Below are positions 17,523-27,614 of a stretch of 64,000 bases of DNA, piece after piece. A model generated the notes under the pieces. The model saw nothing but the letters and a program-made list of their open reading frames with translations, was not told the DNA's origin and ran no database searches. The stretch comes from Promethearchaeota archaeon. GTDB lineage: Archaea; Asgardarchaeota; Lokiarchaeia; Sigyniarchaeales; SOKP01. The stretch covers positions 302,349 to 366,348 of the forward strand of contig JBHLOY010000001.1 of NCBI GenBank assembly GCA_048939995.1, written 5' to 3'. The position numbers were made by a program, and so were the translations under genes. Within the stretch, counting starts at the first letter, position 1; the number at the start of each line of letters is the position of its first letter.

Positions 17523-20428
17523 AAAAACGCATCAATCCTTTTAATCCCACGTATCTCATCATAAGTTATACCAAGAGCATCTAAAATTTGTTCTAAAGCC
17601 GATTGCAGCCGCTCTTTATACTTTTTTGAATCTATATCTTGAAGACTTGCTATCTGTTTTGCTTTAGCACCCACACTTCCTCTTGTAAGTACAATACTGA
17701 TTGTCTCTCCTTTTTGATATTTTTTCCCCGTAATTTTTTCTACTTCTAATGCGGCTTTTACATGTTGAGGAACTACTTTATATCTATCTAAGGGTTTCTG
17801 TAGCGTCATATTTATTGCATAATCGTCCAAGGTAAATGTTTCGGGTTTTCCAATTTTTTTTAAATTTTCTCTGACATTTTTTATTATCTCCTCCCTAGCC
17901 TGCTTAAATTCTTCTTTATTGGTGACATTTTTAAGAATTTCTAGTAACTCATTAAAAACCTTTTTAATGAACTCAGGTGTATTTCTTTTCTTCGCAACTA
18001 ATCCCTTAACATCGATATATTTGGTATCTTTATATATTCCTAAATAATTCTTTTTCCTTTGGGAAAGTGCTAAAAATTGATAAGTCTTCTCTTCTTCTAG
18101 GTCTAAATCAAGCTCATTTCTGCTCCAATCAGAGATTTGCTTCATTTGCTGCTTTGTAGGGTTTAATAAAAAAACAGAATCTGTGTCACCATATAAAACT
18201 GTTACTCCTAGTTCTTCAGCCTTTTTAATTGTCTGTTTAATGGAATATTGGCCTATTCCAGTGGTGCTTTCAGCTACAGGTAAACAAAAGAGAGGGAAGT
18301 TTTGACTTCCAAAAACACCATAAGATCCATTTATAAAAACTTTAAGCGCTTGCTGAATTGTTTGATAATAACTTCTCTGTTTTTCAGATAAAGTTTTATC
18401 TCCTGATTTAGGCTTAAAGTATTTAACTCTAATATCACGGAAGAATCCAACTACATATGCAAATATTCCTTTTCTATGTGTGCAAATATGATAAGGTGTA
18501 CCTTTTACAAGATTGTCTTTATCGTCCTTATGTGGACATAATACCGTTTCATAAGATAAATTATATTCTTTAATTATTGAAGGATATAGGGACGCAAAAT
18601 CCATTACTACTACATTAAAATGAATTCCTGGTACAGGTTCAACCACATAGGCTCCTAAGAATTTATCATCATCGAATTTTGACATTAATGCCCCTCCTTT
18701 CTTTGATTCAGAAATCTCAGCCCTTCTTGGAATCAGATATCCTTTTCTTCTGTGCTCAAAATAGAAGATATTTTGTATCCAAGTTGAAATTTGACGTCGA
18801 ACCATTTCATGGATAGGCATTTTTGTTATTCGACATAATAGGACTATCAAATTCCAAACTAACGAATTGTTGAATTGAGTCAATTCCAACGTTAAAATTG
18901 AATCTTTAAGGTTGTACCAAGAGAGGATATCATATTCCATTTCATGGATTTCTTCTTCATGTTCATATTTTTTCCTGCCTAATAACGCCGCACTTATTGC
19001 ATTAAGTGAGGCGCTTTCATATGCTCCTCCAAATGCATATCCTGAAATACTTCGGTTAAAGAAAAAATTGAACAAATCTATGTGAATTCCCTTTCTTAAA
19101 TCACAATCTGATTGCGATAAGAGTCCAAATCCCCTTTTAACATGAATTGGATTTATACTTCTTTTTATTTTTAATTTATTTGCCCTATGAAACATATAAT
19201 TTAAATCAAAATTATCTCCATTAAATGTAATAATAATTGGGTATTTCCATAAAATTCTAAAAGTTTCTTTTATTAATTCCTTTTCATCTTTAAAATAAGC
19301 AATCCTAGCATCAACCGGAAATTCCTTATGAGGTTTACGATAAAAGAAGCCCTCACGTTCTAATACATATACCAATTTAAGTCCATCATTAGACGCAAAT
19401 GAAACACTGATAATTGCTTGATTCGCAAGTTGAGGATCAGGAATAATTATATCTTCCTGTTCTAAGTTCACTTCAATATCCATTGCTAACAGCTTGACTT
19501 CTGGAATTGGAGTAAGAAAAATATCTAGAAAACGATCTGAGAATTCTTGGATTTCTTGGGATTCGTCTTTAAATAGACTACGTAATTCATTAGCAATTTT
19601 TTCAGATTCTGCTGTTTCTTTTTCAAAGCTCACTCTTTCTAATTTACCATCTTTAATTTTATAAATTAATCCAGGTATCAGTTGAGTATCAAAGATATAA
19701 TTCAAATGATATCTAATATCTGCTTCCCATGCTTTAATTTCATTTTTTCCTAATATGTTTTTTATATTTAACCCAGATCCCCCGATATTCGTAGGTGTCT
19801 TACCATATAGCTTAGTCATCCTTAAGCTTTCATCTTTTATTAAATCATAGCGCTCTATCTCTTCAAATCTCTTAAATCCATCATAATCAGTTAATTTTTT
19901 TTCTATTACATGTTCATTAACCTTCTCTTCATAATAAATATCATTTAAATTCGAAATTGTTTCTTTACTTAGACAATATGGTTCATGTCCAGTTGTATCA
20001 ATCCATATTTTTATGTCATCAGAATCTAAATCATAAAATTTACAGTAAGCTTTATTTTGACCCCCGTCATAGTCAACATCAAGTAGCAACCCCCTTTCTA
20101 AATTTTTTACAATTTCACCTTTCTCAATTAAGTGACGAATATACTTTGAAGTCATTGATTCACGTAAGACCTTTTCTAATTTTATACCACCTATTTGCAA
20201 TCCGATTGGCTCATCATCTGCTCTAAAAAATAGTTCTTTAGGAATCTCTCTCATTTTAGACTCCTCAATTACTATTTCTTTCACATTTTTTTGCTGCCCT
20301 TCTTTCAATAATTGCTTTTTAGGAGGTTTTTTAGTAGCTTTTTTTTCTTTTTCTTTATTCTCTACAAAAGGAAAAAGAGATTTCTGTTTTTGGTCTTCCT
20401 TTTTATTCGATTTTTTCGAGCTGGGCAA
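17519..20428 (-). CDS. polB1: Family B DNA polymerase, PolB1 group, catalytic motifs intact
   Basis: DFASLYPS, KVFINGSYG, YGDTDS; exonuclease DIE, FNGDNFD and YNLKD; GHEPY N-terminal motif of the PolB1 group. Confidence 0.93.
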   Translation of the reverse strand: MPSSKKSNKKEDQKQKSLFPFVENKEKEKKATKKPPKKQLLKEGQQKNVKEIVIEESKMREIPKELFFRADDEPIGLQIGGIKLEKVLRESMTSKYIRHLIEKGEIVKNLERGLLLDVDYDGGQNKAYCKFYDLDSDDIKIWIDTTGHEPYCLSKETISNLNDIYYEEKVNEHVIEKKLTDYDGFKRFEEIERYDLIKDESLRMTKLYGKTPTNIGGSGLNIKNILGKNEIKAWEADIRYHLNYIFDTQLIPGLIYKIKDGKLERVSFEKETAESEKIANELRSLFKDESQEIQEFSDRFLDIFLTPIPEVKLLAMDIEVNLEQEDIIIPDPQLANQAIISVSFASNDGLKLVYVLEREGFFYRKPHKEFPVDARIAYFKDEKELIKETFRILWKYPIIITFNGDNFDLNYMFHRANKLKIKRSINPIHVKRGFGLLSQSDCDLRKGIHIDLFNFFFNRSISGYAFGGAYESASLNAISAALLGRKKYEHEEEIHEMEYDILSWYNLKDSILTLELTQFNNSLVWNLIVLLCRITKMPIHEMVRRQISTWIQNIFYFEHRRKGYLIPRRAEISESKKGGALMSKFDDDKFLGAYVVEPVPGIHFNVVVMDFASLYPSIIKEYNLSYETVLCPHKDDKDNLVKGTPYHICTHRKGIFAYVVGFFRDIRVKYFKPKSGDKTLSEKQRSYYQTIQQALKVFINGSYGVFGSQNFPLFCLPVAESTTGIGQYSIKQTIKKAEELGVTVLYGDTDSVFLLNPTKQQMKQISDWSRNELDLDLEEEKTYQFLALSQRKKNYLGIYKDTKYIDVKGLVAKKRNTPEFIKKVFNELLEILKNVTNKEEFKQAREEIIKNVRENLKKIGKPETFTLDDYAINMTLQKPLDRYKVVPQHVKAALEVEKITGKKYQKGETISIVLTRGSVGAKAKQIASLQDIDSKKYKERLQSALEQILDALGITYDEIRGIKRIDAFF

Positions 20429-20580
20429 TTTAATTACCGTTAAAAATTAAATTTCACTTATTATTTAATAATATTCTAATCTTTATTATATTCTCAACTA
20501 TTTTTAATTTAATAATCCCACCCTAAGAAAAAAGACTAAATATAACTTTAATTAACTAGCTTTATTTAAAGACATAAAAA

Positions 20581-20940
20581 TTAATGAGGCATTCTATTTT
20601 CTTGAATGACTTTTTTTATCTCTTCTAAGAGGAGTTGCTTTTCAGCAATAAACCAATGTAGTTTAGATTTCTCGGGATGTTCTTGGTAAATTATTTTAGC
20701 AATTTCTTTAACATCCTCTTCTTGAGGCTTAATAATTTCCCCATTTACATCTTCTCTTATTAATAATACTAAATTATCTGTTTCAAGGGGCTTAACGTCA
20801 TAACCGTTTTTGATATTGTCATTAATTGTTACACATAATTCTGCAAGATACCACACACTTTTATCATAATCCTCGTCGGTTTTATATCTCTGGTATGCCA
20901 ATATCTCAACATCTTCTTTTGTAAACAAGTTTTTAAACAA
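20581..20940 (-). CDS. Hypothetical protein with two DUF2934-like repeats
   Basis: EDVEILAYQRY...VWYLAE and EDVKEIAKIIY...HWFIAEKQL. Confidence 0.7.
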   Translation of the reverse strand: MFKNLFTKEDVEILAYQRYKTDEDYDKSVWYLAELCVTINDNIKNGYDVKPLETDNLVLLIREDVNGEIIKPQEEDVKEIAKIIYQEHPEKSKLHWFIAEKQLLLEEIKKVIQENRMPH

Positions 20941-21171
20941 CTCCGTTATTTATATAATTTTTCAAGGTAATATATTATCAAAAAAGATAATTTTACATTT
21001 AATTATTTGTATTCAAATAATTTCATTATTTAAAAAGCTCTCAATGCCCCAGATTTATCATATTTAACCTTTATTCTTAATTCAAGCATTTAATCTCTAT
21101 CAACAAAAAATCTTTTATACTAATCAAGTATAAAATAACTTTAATACTATAAAATTTGGTTAGTTTAAGGG

Positions 21172-21792
21172 ATGTTAAAATATAAAATCATTTTAGCTGG
21201 AGATAAAAATGTTGGGAAAAGTTCTCTTATAACAAGATTCTGTGATAATATTTTTAAAGAGGATATGAAAGCTACAATAGGTGTGGATTTCAAGAGAAAG
21301 GTGATTGATCTCAAGGGTAAACATAAAGATTTTTCTTTAGATTTAAATATATGGGATTTTGGAGGTGAAGAAAAATATCGTACATTATTCCCATCTTATG
21401 CAAATGGAGCTGCAGCAGCTATGATATTATTTGATACGACTAATAGAAACTCTTTATATGGCATAGATAATTGGATAAGAATTATTCATGAAAATGCATT
21501 GGAAAACGTTGTAAAGATCATTATTGCAACAAAAATTGATCTAAAAAGTATCCGTGAAGTTTCTAAAAGTGATGCTACAGATTTCTGTAAAAAGTATAAT
21601 TGGTTCGAAAATTTCATTAGTACTTCTGCAAAGACTGGAGAGAATGTCGAAGAAGCTTTTTTGCATGTGGCAGAAGAGATTATAAAGAATAATCTGCAAT
21701 TTTGTAAGACTTGTGGAGAGGTCTTCAATCGAAAACTGAAACATTGTCAGCATTGTGGAGAAAAAGTAGAAATGGAGATATCACCTCTTTAA
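21172..21792 (+). CDS. Rab-like small GTPase with C-terminal zinc ribbon
   Basis: GDKNVGKS, TIGVDF, WDFGGE, TKID, SAK; C-terminal CKTC-x10-CQHC. Confidence 0.92.
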   Translation: MLKYKIILAGDKNVGKSSLITRFCDNIFKEDMKATIGVDFKRKVIDLKGKHKDFSLDLNIWDFGGEEKYRTLFPSYANGAAAAMILFDTTNRNSLYGIDNWIRIIHENALENVVKIIIATKIDLKSIREVSKSDATDFCKKYNWFENFISTSAKTGENVEEAFLHVAEEIIKNNLQFCKTCGEVFNRKLKHCQHCGEKVEMEISPL

Positions 21793-21798
21793 ACTTTT

Positions 21799-22467
21799 TT
21801 ATAAATCTTCTTCTTCTCTATTATAAAGAGAAGGAGGTGGTTTTGCTTTTTCTAATGGTTTACTTTTAATTCTATTAATGAATGCTTCAAGTTCCATTTT
21901 AGCGTTGATTATTGAATTATCTATCTCATCTTTAACTTCTTTTTCATCTAAAACAGAGATTCCATGACTAGGATAAAAGCCTTTAATCTTTAGCGTGTTT
22001 AAAATCTCAAGTGAATCTATATACTCAGAAATTGAACCAGATTCATATATATTTGTTATAGCCCCTTTAAATAAAGTGTCACCTGAGAATATATAATTTT
22101 GGTAAGGTTCGTATAGACATATGCATCCAGAGGTATGACCAGGAGTCTCAACAACTTTTAGAACCGTATTACCTAAATCTATTATATTTCTATCCTCTAA
22201 CCAAATATTAATACGAAGATCAGTTAAATCTATGCCCCATTTTTTGCCTTTAGTAATTAATTCATCACTATTTTGGATCTTTGCTGCTGCCCATCTATGG
22301 GCTGCAACGGGACAATGAAAGTAGGCATTAGAACTAATATGATCAAAATGCTCATGAGTATTAATAACTAAGTCAATATCTTCGATCTTTAAACCTACTT
22401 CTGTAGTAATTAAATAATTAAAACTGTTGAATTTTGTAATAATACCTGTATCTATCAATACGTTCAA
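21799..22467 (-). CDS. MBL-fold metallo-hydrolase (true start probably upstream, ~22629)
   Basis: LIDTG, THEHFDH, TPGHT, FSGD and PSHG. Frame is open up to 22635. Confidence 0.9.
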   Translation of the reverse strand: MNVLIDTGIITKFNSFNYLITTEVGLKIEDIDLVINTHEHFDHISSNAYFHCPVAAHRWAAAKIQNSDELITKGKKWGIDLTDLRINIWLEDRNIIDLGNTVLKVVETPGHTSGCICLYEPYQNYIFSGDTLFKGAITNIYESGSISEYIDSLEILNTLKIKGFYPSHGISVLDEKEVKDEIDNSIINAKMELEAFINRIKSKPLEKAKPPPSLYNREEEDL

Positions 22468-22942
22468 ATCTTCCCCTACAAGGAGATAAACATGGCAACC
22501 TGATCCTCCTGAATAAAATTGATATACATTTGGTCTTAATAAGTTTAAGGTATATCCATTCTTCGTGCCATATAAGTCATCTTCCTTAATAAGTCGAGGT
22601 TTAAAATATTCGATATTGCTTGGAGTAATGTATCTTCACTTTTTTAATTTAGAATTAAGTATTAACATTAATGAATAAAATAAAATATAAAAATCAAATC
22701 AATTCTTATAAGAAAAAACCAAACAGTTTTACATAAATGTTAGATCTCAACAATTGCTCTAATCTATTTAGTCACTTTTAGATATTTCAATTTGAATACG
22801 AAAGTGAAGTACTTTATGAAAAAGAAAGCATTAACAAAAAAAATCATTCTGCTCCTTCTAATTGCCTTAATAGTTTTAAACATGAATGGAAAATAGATTA
22901 TATTCACCAAATTTCTAATTTCGCATCAGCAAACTGTATTTG

Positions 22943-22997
22943 TTTAAAAAAGCTCTCAAAGCCACAAAATGATATCTTTGAGAGTCATTTTAAAAGA
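22943..22997. repeat. Imperfect hairpin, related to a second copy at 23666-23703
   Basis: CTCTCAAAG (22953-22961) / CTTTGAGAG (22976-22984) inverted repeat with TTTAAAA/TTTTAAA outer arms. Confidence 0.5.
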
Positions 22998-23568
22998 TTT
23001 TTATATAATGATCTGGCATTATAAGAGGGAAGACTATAGAAAAAATAAATATTATACAAAATATACAAAGATAAATTGCTTTAATTTTAATAGCGAAGTA
23101 CAAATAAACAACTACTGATATTGCCATAATAATTGATGCTATGGTATTAATTACCAAAGGAAAAAAATCAAAACTATTCAGTAGAATAGAAATTATAGAT
23201 AATCCCCCTGAAACTATTAAGTAGTTTCCATAATTCTTTTTGTTATATAACCCTATAATGATATTAGAAACTCCAAGACTAACAATAAGAATTATTCCTG
23301 GAACTAGTTTATGCCAAATCAACGAATATATTTCAAGAAATTGAATTTCCTCTGCTGATGGAAGTGATGTAAACATAATTGCAGGAATAAAAAAAAAAAT
23401 AAAGTACCATACTGCAGCAAGAAATCCACTTAAAATGAACAACCAAGATTTTTTAACACTCTCGATTTTTTTCCTTAATAGAAATCCAGCAAATATGAGA
23501 ATTGTGAAATCAACTATAAGAATAATATTAACGATATCTGGATTTGCAAGATGATAGATGATTACCAT
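22990..23568 (-). CDS. Hypothetical polytopic membrane protein
   Basis: 192 aa, about six hydrophobic segments. Confidence 0.7.
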   Translation of the reverse strand: MVIIYHLANPDIVNIILIVDFTILIFAGFLLRKKIESVKKSWLFILSGFLAAVWYFIFFFIPAIMFTSLPSAEEIQFLEIYSLIWHKLVPGIILIVSLGVSNIIIGLYNKKNYGNYLIVSGGLSIISILLNSFDFFPLVINTIASIIMAISVVVYLYFAIKIKAIYLCIFCIIFIFSIVFPLIMPDHYIKIF

Positions 23569-23983
23569 TGTTTACTAGTTTACCATGATTTAATTTGTTT
23601 ATATTAGTTTAATTGATTAAAGAGAAGATTCTAAATAAGCTTTATTTACTTCTCAAAAAAGCCAAAATTCCAAAATGAGCATCTTTGGAGTTAATTTAAA
23701 AGACAAATGGCTATAAAGATCACGCAATAATTCCAAAATTATAAAATGCTTAATTGATATAAAAGGCCATCAAATTCACGTATATCCATTTAATTACAAC
23801 TTTCGAACTTAAGCTTTAAGTATTGTCATTCAAAAATAAAGAAAGTATACCTAACATCCTTTATTCACATCTTCCTTTTCAGATTATTTAACTATTCTAT
23901 CAAATTTCTCAATAGGAATAATGATAAAAATCATAAAATTAAAATTTAATATTGCCCTATCTTTAAATTATCATTACAGAAAT

Positions 23984-24085
23984 GCCTCCGTAGCTTAGCG
24001 GTATAGCGGCAGTATTTAAATTAATCTCTAATAATTGTTGATACTTGTAATCTGCAGGTCGGGGGTTCAAATCCCCCCGGGGGCT
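23984..24085 (+). tRNA. tRNA-Thr(UGU) with 30-nt non-canonical intron (24013-24042) at position 30/31
   Basis: Acceptor GCCTCCG/CGGGGGC, discriminator U, T arm GGGGG-TTCAAAT-CCCCC. Removing 24013-24042 gives anticodon arm GCAGA-CTTGTAA-TCTGC. Confidence 0.93.
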
Positions 24086-24190
24086 TTCATTCTAAGACAA
24101 AGCTCTTTCTCAGATTGTTTTGAATATTATTTTAGACATATACTTAATTTACCTAATCTTATAGAATTTAAAGACGGTACTTAAAATAAT

Positions 24191-25777
24191 ATGAACAAAA
24201 TTAATAGAGTAATACTATGTATTATTGACGATGTAAGTTCAGAGCACTTCTTTAGCTTAATAAATATGGGAATCCTTCCAAATTTTGAAGAATTAATGAA
24301 TAATGGAACCTTTTCAAAAAATTGCATAACTGATTTCCCAGCAATAACTTTTCCAGCTCAAGTATCAACAATTACTGGTACTTATACAGGAGATCATCGA
24401 AATGAATATTGCCATGGGGTTCCGATGTATGATTGGATGGACAGAAGCTACGTACCTCCTATTTTACGATCTTATGGAACATATGGTTCTAAAAAAAGAA
24501 TTCAAATCTATAATATCAATGAAGATATGGGAGACAAATGTAGAACCTTAATTGAAATGATCGATGAGGGAAATTCAGTAAGCATTCCTCAATTTATAAA
24601 CCGAGGAACCAATTTTTTTTTCCCAGAAAGGAGACCAAAAATGATATTATATTATCTTTTTATCAAATATTACCCCAAAATCAAGGAAATGCTTGTTAGA
24701 GCAAATACAATCATTATTAAAAAGCTATTAAGAACATTTGAAAATCCAAAACACTTTTTTGAGTCTAAAGAACCTCCTATTGTCTCACTTCTATGGTTTA
24801 TGACCTCTGATTTGCTAATGCATATATTTGGTTACGATTCGTTGCTTTATAAGCTAAATCTTAGACATATTGACAAGGTTATCGGTTATTTAATCGAAGA
24901 GCTTAGCAAATTAGGTTATTTAGACGATACTTTAATTGCTATTACTTCTGATCATGGAAATTACAAAACTAAAAAGATTGGAAACTTAGATACTTTTTTT
25001 AAGAAAAATAGGCTAACTCAATTTCATCCTCGTAAAAACCTGAAAGGGAATATAGATTTAGCAGAATTCGGTGGATTAGGTTTTTTTTACTTTAAGGAAA
25101 ATTATCCCCATTTAAATAAAGTTTGGATACCTCCTAAAATAGAAACACTTAGAACTTATGGTCCAAATGGAGTGAATCTATTCCAAGAATTATTTAAAAT
25201 TGAAGGAACTGAATTAATGTATTACAGAGATTCTGAAAATTCGATAAATAAGGGGAGGATTTTTTTAAAGAGAAAAAAGCAGAATAAAGAAGGCTTTATT
25301 ACAGGATTTATCGAATATGAGGGTAATTCTAATAATCTTAAAACAAAATATAGTGTTGGTGAGGATGTTGATCATGATATTTTCGGATACTTACATGATG
25401 AAAGTGCTATAAAATTGATGGATAATAAATATCATACAATCGATGAATGGCTAGAAGCAACTTATCATTTAGATTTTCCATTATATCCTGATCTATTAGT
25501 TAGACATTTTAAAAACCCTCGAAGTTCTGATATTATTATAAGTACTGAGGGGAGAATCGCCTATAACATAAAGCATGGTAAAAAAACAAGTAATAATTAT
25601 TACTTACATGATATAGGTCTTAGAAAATGTTCTGTTGTGCCTTTAATATTAGCCGGTACTGATCAAATTCCAAAGAAAGAAATAACATATTGTAAAATAA
25701 CTGATATTGTACCTTCTTTACTAAGAATGCTGGGAAAAACTCCACACAAAAGTGTCGTGGGGAGATCCCTTATTTGA
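24191..25777 (+). CDS. Alkaline phosphatase superfamily protein (nucleotide pyrophosphatase/phosphodiesterase-like)
   Basis: IIDD, FPAITFP (Thr nucleophile), DLLMH, TSDHG and HDIG. Confidence 0.85.
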   Translation: MNKINRVILCIIDDVSSEHFFSLINMGILPNFEELMNNGTFSKNCITDFPAITFPAQVSTITGTYTGDHRNEYCHGVPMYDWMDRSYVPPILRSYGTYGSKKRIQIYNINEDMGDKCRTLIEMIDEGNSVSIPQFINRGTNFFFPERRPKMILYYLFIKYYPKIKEMLVRANTIIIKKLLRTFENPKHFFESKEPPIVSLLWFMTSDLLMHIFGYDSLLYKLNLRHIDKVIGYLIEELSKLGYLDDTLIAITSDHGNYKTKKIGNLDTFFKKNRLTQFHPRKNLKGNIDLAEFGGLGFFYFKENYPHLNKVWIPPKIETLRTYGPNGVNLFQELFKIEGTELMYYRDSENSINKGRIFLKRKKQNKEGFITGFIEYEGNSNNLKTKYSVGEDVDHDIFGYLHDESAIKLMDNKYHTIDEWLEATYHLDFPLYPDLLVRHFKNPRSSDIIISTEGRIAYNIKHGKKTSNNYYLHDIGLRKCSVVPLILAGTDQIPKKEITYCKITDIVPSLLRMLGKTPHKSVVGRSLI

Positions 25778-25821
25778 TTATTAAATAATTTAAATTAAAA
25801 GCTTAATATACTACTCTAACA

Positions 25822-26751
25822 TTGACAGATACAATTTTGATTACTGGAACTGATGGTTTTATTGGCTCGTATTTGAAAGAATTCTTTGTTGAGAATGACT
25901 ATAAAGTTATTGGAACCACTTTTATGAAAGAACCAGCTGAGAATGAAGTCAAAATTGATTTTCGTGAAAAGAGGGAATTTGAAAAATTACCAAAAAGTAA
26001 TTATCCTACTATTATTAATACAGTTGGTATCGTAGATCAAACTGCTTCAAAAAAGACAATCATGAAAATAAATGCCAGAGGAACAAAATACATATGTGAA
26101 TGGGCTTTAAATCATAATTGTCAACACTTTATCTTTATTAGTTCTGTATCAGCTTATGGAATCAAGCTTTTAGGAGAAAATCGCTCTGAAGAGAATACTA
26201 AAAGAAATAGGGGGATATTTGGAATTCCTTATATGAAATCAAAAGCAAAAGCAGAACGATATGTTGAAAGAAGTGGTTTGAATTATACTATTTTAAGATT
26301 ACCCCCAGTTTTAGGTAAAGCTGATACTTATCTTTCTCCTTCTATTATCCCTAATCTACTTGACGGAACGTTTTATTATTGTGGTAACCAAGATCATAAA
26401 TATTCCACGCTATATATAAAGAATCTTGGACCAATTCTTAAGAAGATCATTGAGAATCGCCCATCTTGTGACATATTTAATTGCACTGATTTTCAAATTA
26501 CTTGGAGAGAACTAATAAAAGAGTATGCAAATATTTTAAATATTAATATTCTTGAACAAAATAAACCACTATTAAGCATTATTAGAAACTTTCATGACAA
26601 GCAGTATTTATTAATGATTTTGTTTAGTCGCTTTGGATGTCATTATCCAAATGAAAAATTGAAAAACAAATATAATATTAATCCTATTTACTCATGGAAA
26701 GAAGGTGTTAAAGAAGCTGTTGATAATTATTTACTGGAGATTTTAAAGTAA
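25822..26751 (+). CDS. NAD-dependent epimerase/dehydratase (extended SDR)
   Basis: ITGTDGFIG, SSVSAYG and YMKSK. Confidence 0.88.
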   Translation: MTDTILITGTDGFIGSYLKEFFVENDYKVIGTTFMKEPAENEVKIDFREKREFEKLPKSNYPTIINTVGIVDQTASKKTIMKINARGTKYICEWALNHNCQHFIFISSVSAYGIKLLGENRSEENTKRNRGIFGIPYMKSKAKAERYVERSGLNYTILRLPPVLGKADTYLSPSIIPNLLDGTFYYCGNQDHKYSTLYIKNLGPILKKIIENRPSCDIFNCTDFQITWRELIKEYANILNINILEQNKPLLSIIRNFHDKQYLLMILFSRFGCHYPNEKLKNKYNINPIYSWKEGVKEAVDNYLLEILK

Positions 26752-26943
26752 TCATATTTCATCAGTCACCTTTTAATTGAAAAATTATTTTATTTAAGAA
26801 AAAATATAATCCGTGATATCGCAATATACGAAAAGTGAATTGTTATAAAGTTATATTTATATTATTAATATTATTTCAATGAGCTAGTCTACACTAATTA
26901 GCTTAAATTTAAATAAAACTATCATAAGATCGATGCTTTATTT

Positions 26944-27564
26944 ATGGTTCAATTAAATAGGATCATTGAACAATTGAAAAAGATGCGAAATTTAATTCGC
27001 ATAACAGTTGTGGGAGATGGAGCTGTAGGGAAGACCACATTGGTTCAAGCTATTCTGAGAATCGCTCTAAATTGTGCTGAAAATCCCCCAATTACTAATT
27101 TTATGAATACAAAAAAAATAAACCGTACTCCTTTCATGGAGATAGAATCATGGAATTATAAAGATCTATTAATTCAATGCTATGATCTGGCAGGACAAAG
27201 GAGTCCAGGAGCTCATCCTTTAGATATTTTACAAAATCAAGTGATAAGTTCAATTGATATTTTCATTTTTGTTTTTTCAGTCGATAGATATGAATCTTTT
27301 GAAAATCTTAATAATTGGATGACATTGATGCATTTGGATAATTCTTATGTCAACAAAAATAAAACGGGATTAATTCTTGTTGGAAATAAGATAGATTTAG
27401 GCAGTAATGTATCGAAAGATTTAATCCAATCGATAGTAGGAGACAATAAGTACTTTCATTCTTATGTAGAAACAAGTGCCACAAAAGGAATAGGAATTGA
27501 TGAGTTATTGGATGGAATAGCAAATATCGGTAAAAACATTCTTAACACATACATGAAAGGCTAG
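26944..27564 (+). CDS. Ras-superfamily small GTPase
   Basis: GDGAVGKTT, DLAGQ, GNKID and ETSA. Confidence 0.9.
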   Translation: MVQLNRIIEQLKKMRNLIRITVVGDGAVGKTTLVQAILRIALNCAENPPITNFMNTKKINRTPFMEIESWNYKDLLIQCYDLAGQRSPGAHPLDILQNQVISSIDIFIFVFSVDRYESFENLNNWMTLMHLDNSYVNKNKTGLILVGNKIDLGSNVSKDLIQSIVGDNKYFHSYVETSATKGIGIDELLDGIANIGKNILNTYMKG

Positions 27565-27614
27565 TTCATAGCAATGAAGTAATCGATTTAACTACTTATA
27601 GATGATAACATTAT

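Noticed and set aside
22636-22668. Selenocysteine read-through of the TGA upstream of the MBL gene
   Set aside because: The ten codons before the TGA look like AT-rich intergenic DNA, the position is not a catalytic Cys site, and I found no SECIS. ATT initiation is the simpler explanation.
22816-22896. 26-aa signal-peptide-like ORF MKKKALTKKIILLLLIALIVLNMNGK
   Set aside because: Too short to call; may be a truncated remnant. Mentioned only as context for the nearby hairpin repeats.
23568-24190. Integrated element at tRNA-Thr
   Set aside because: No integrase and no duplicate of the tRNA 3' end seen in the window.
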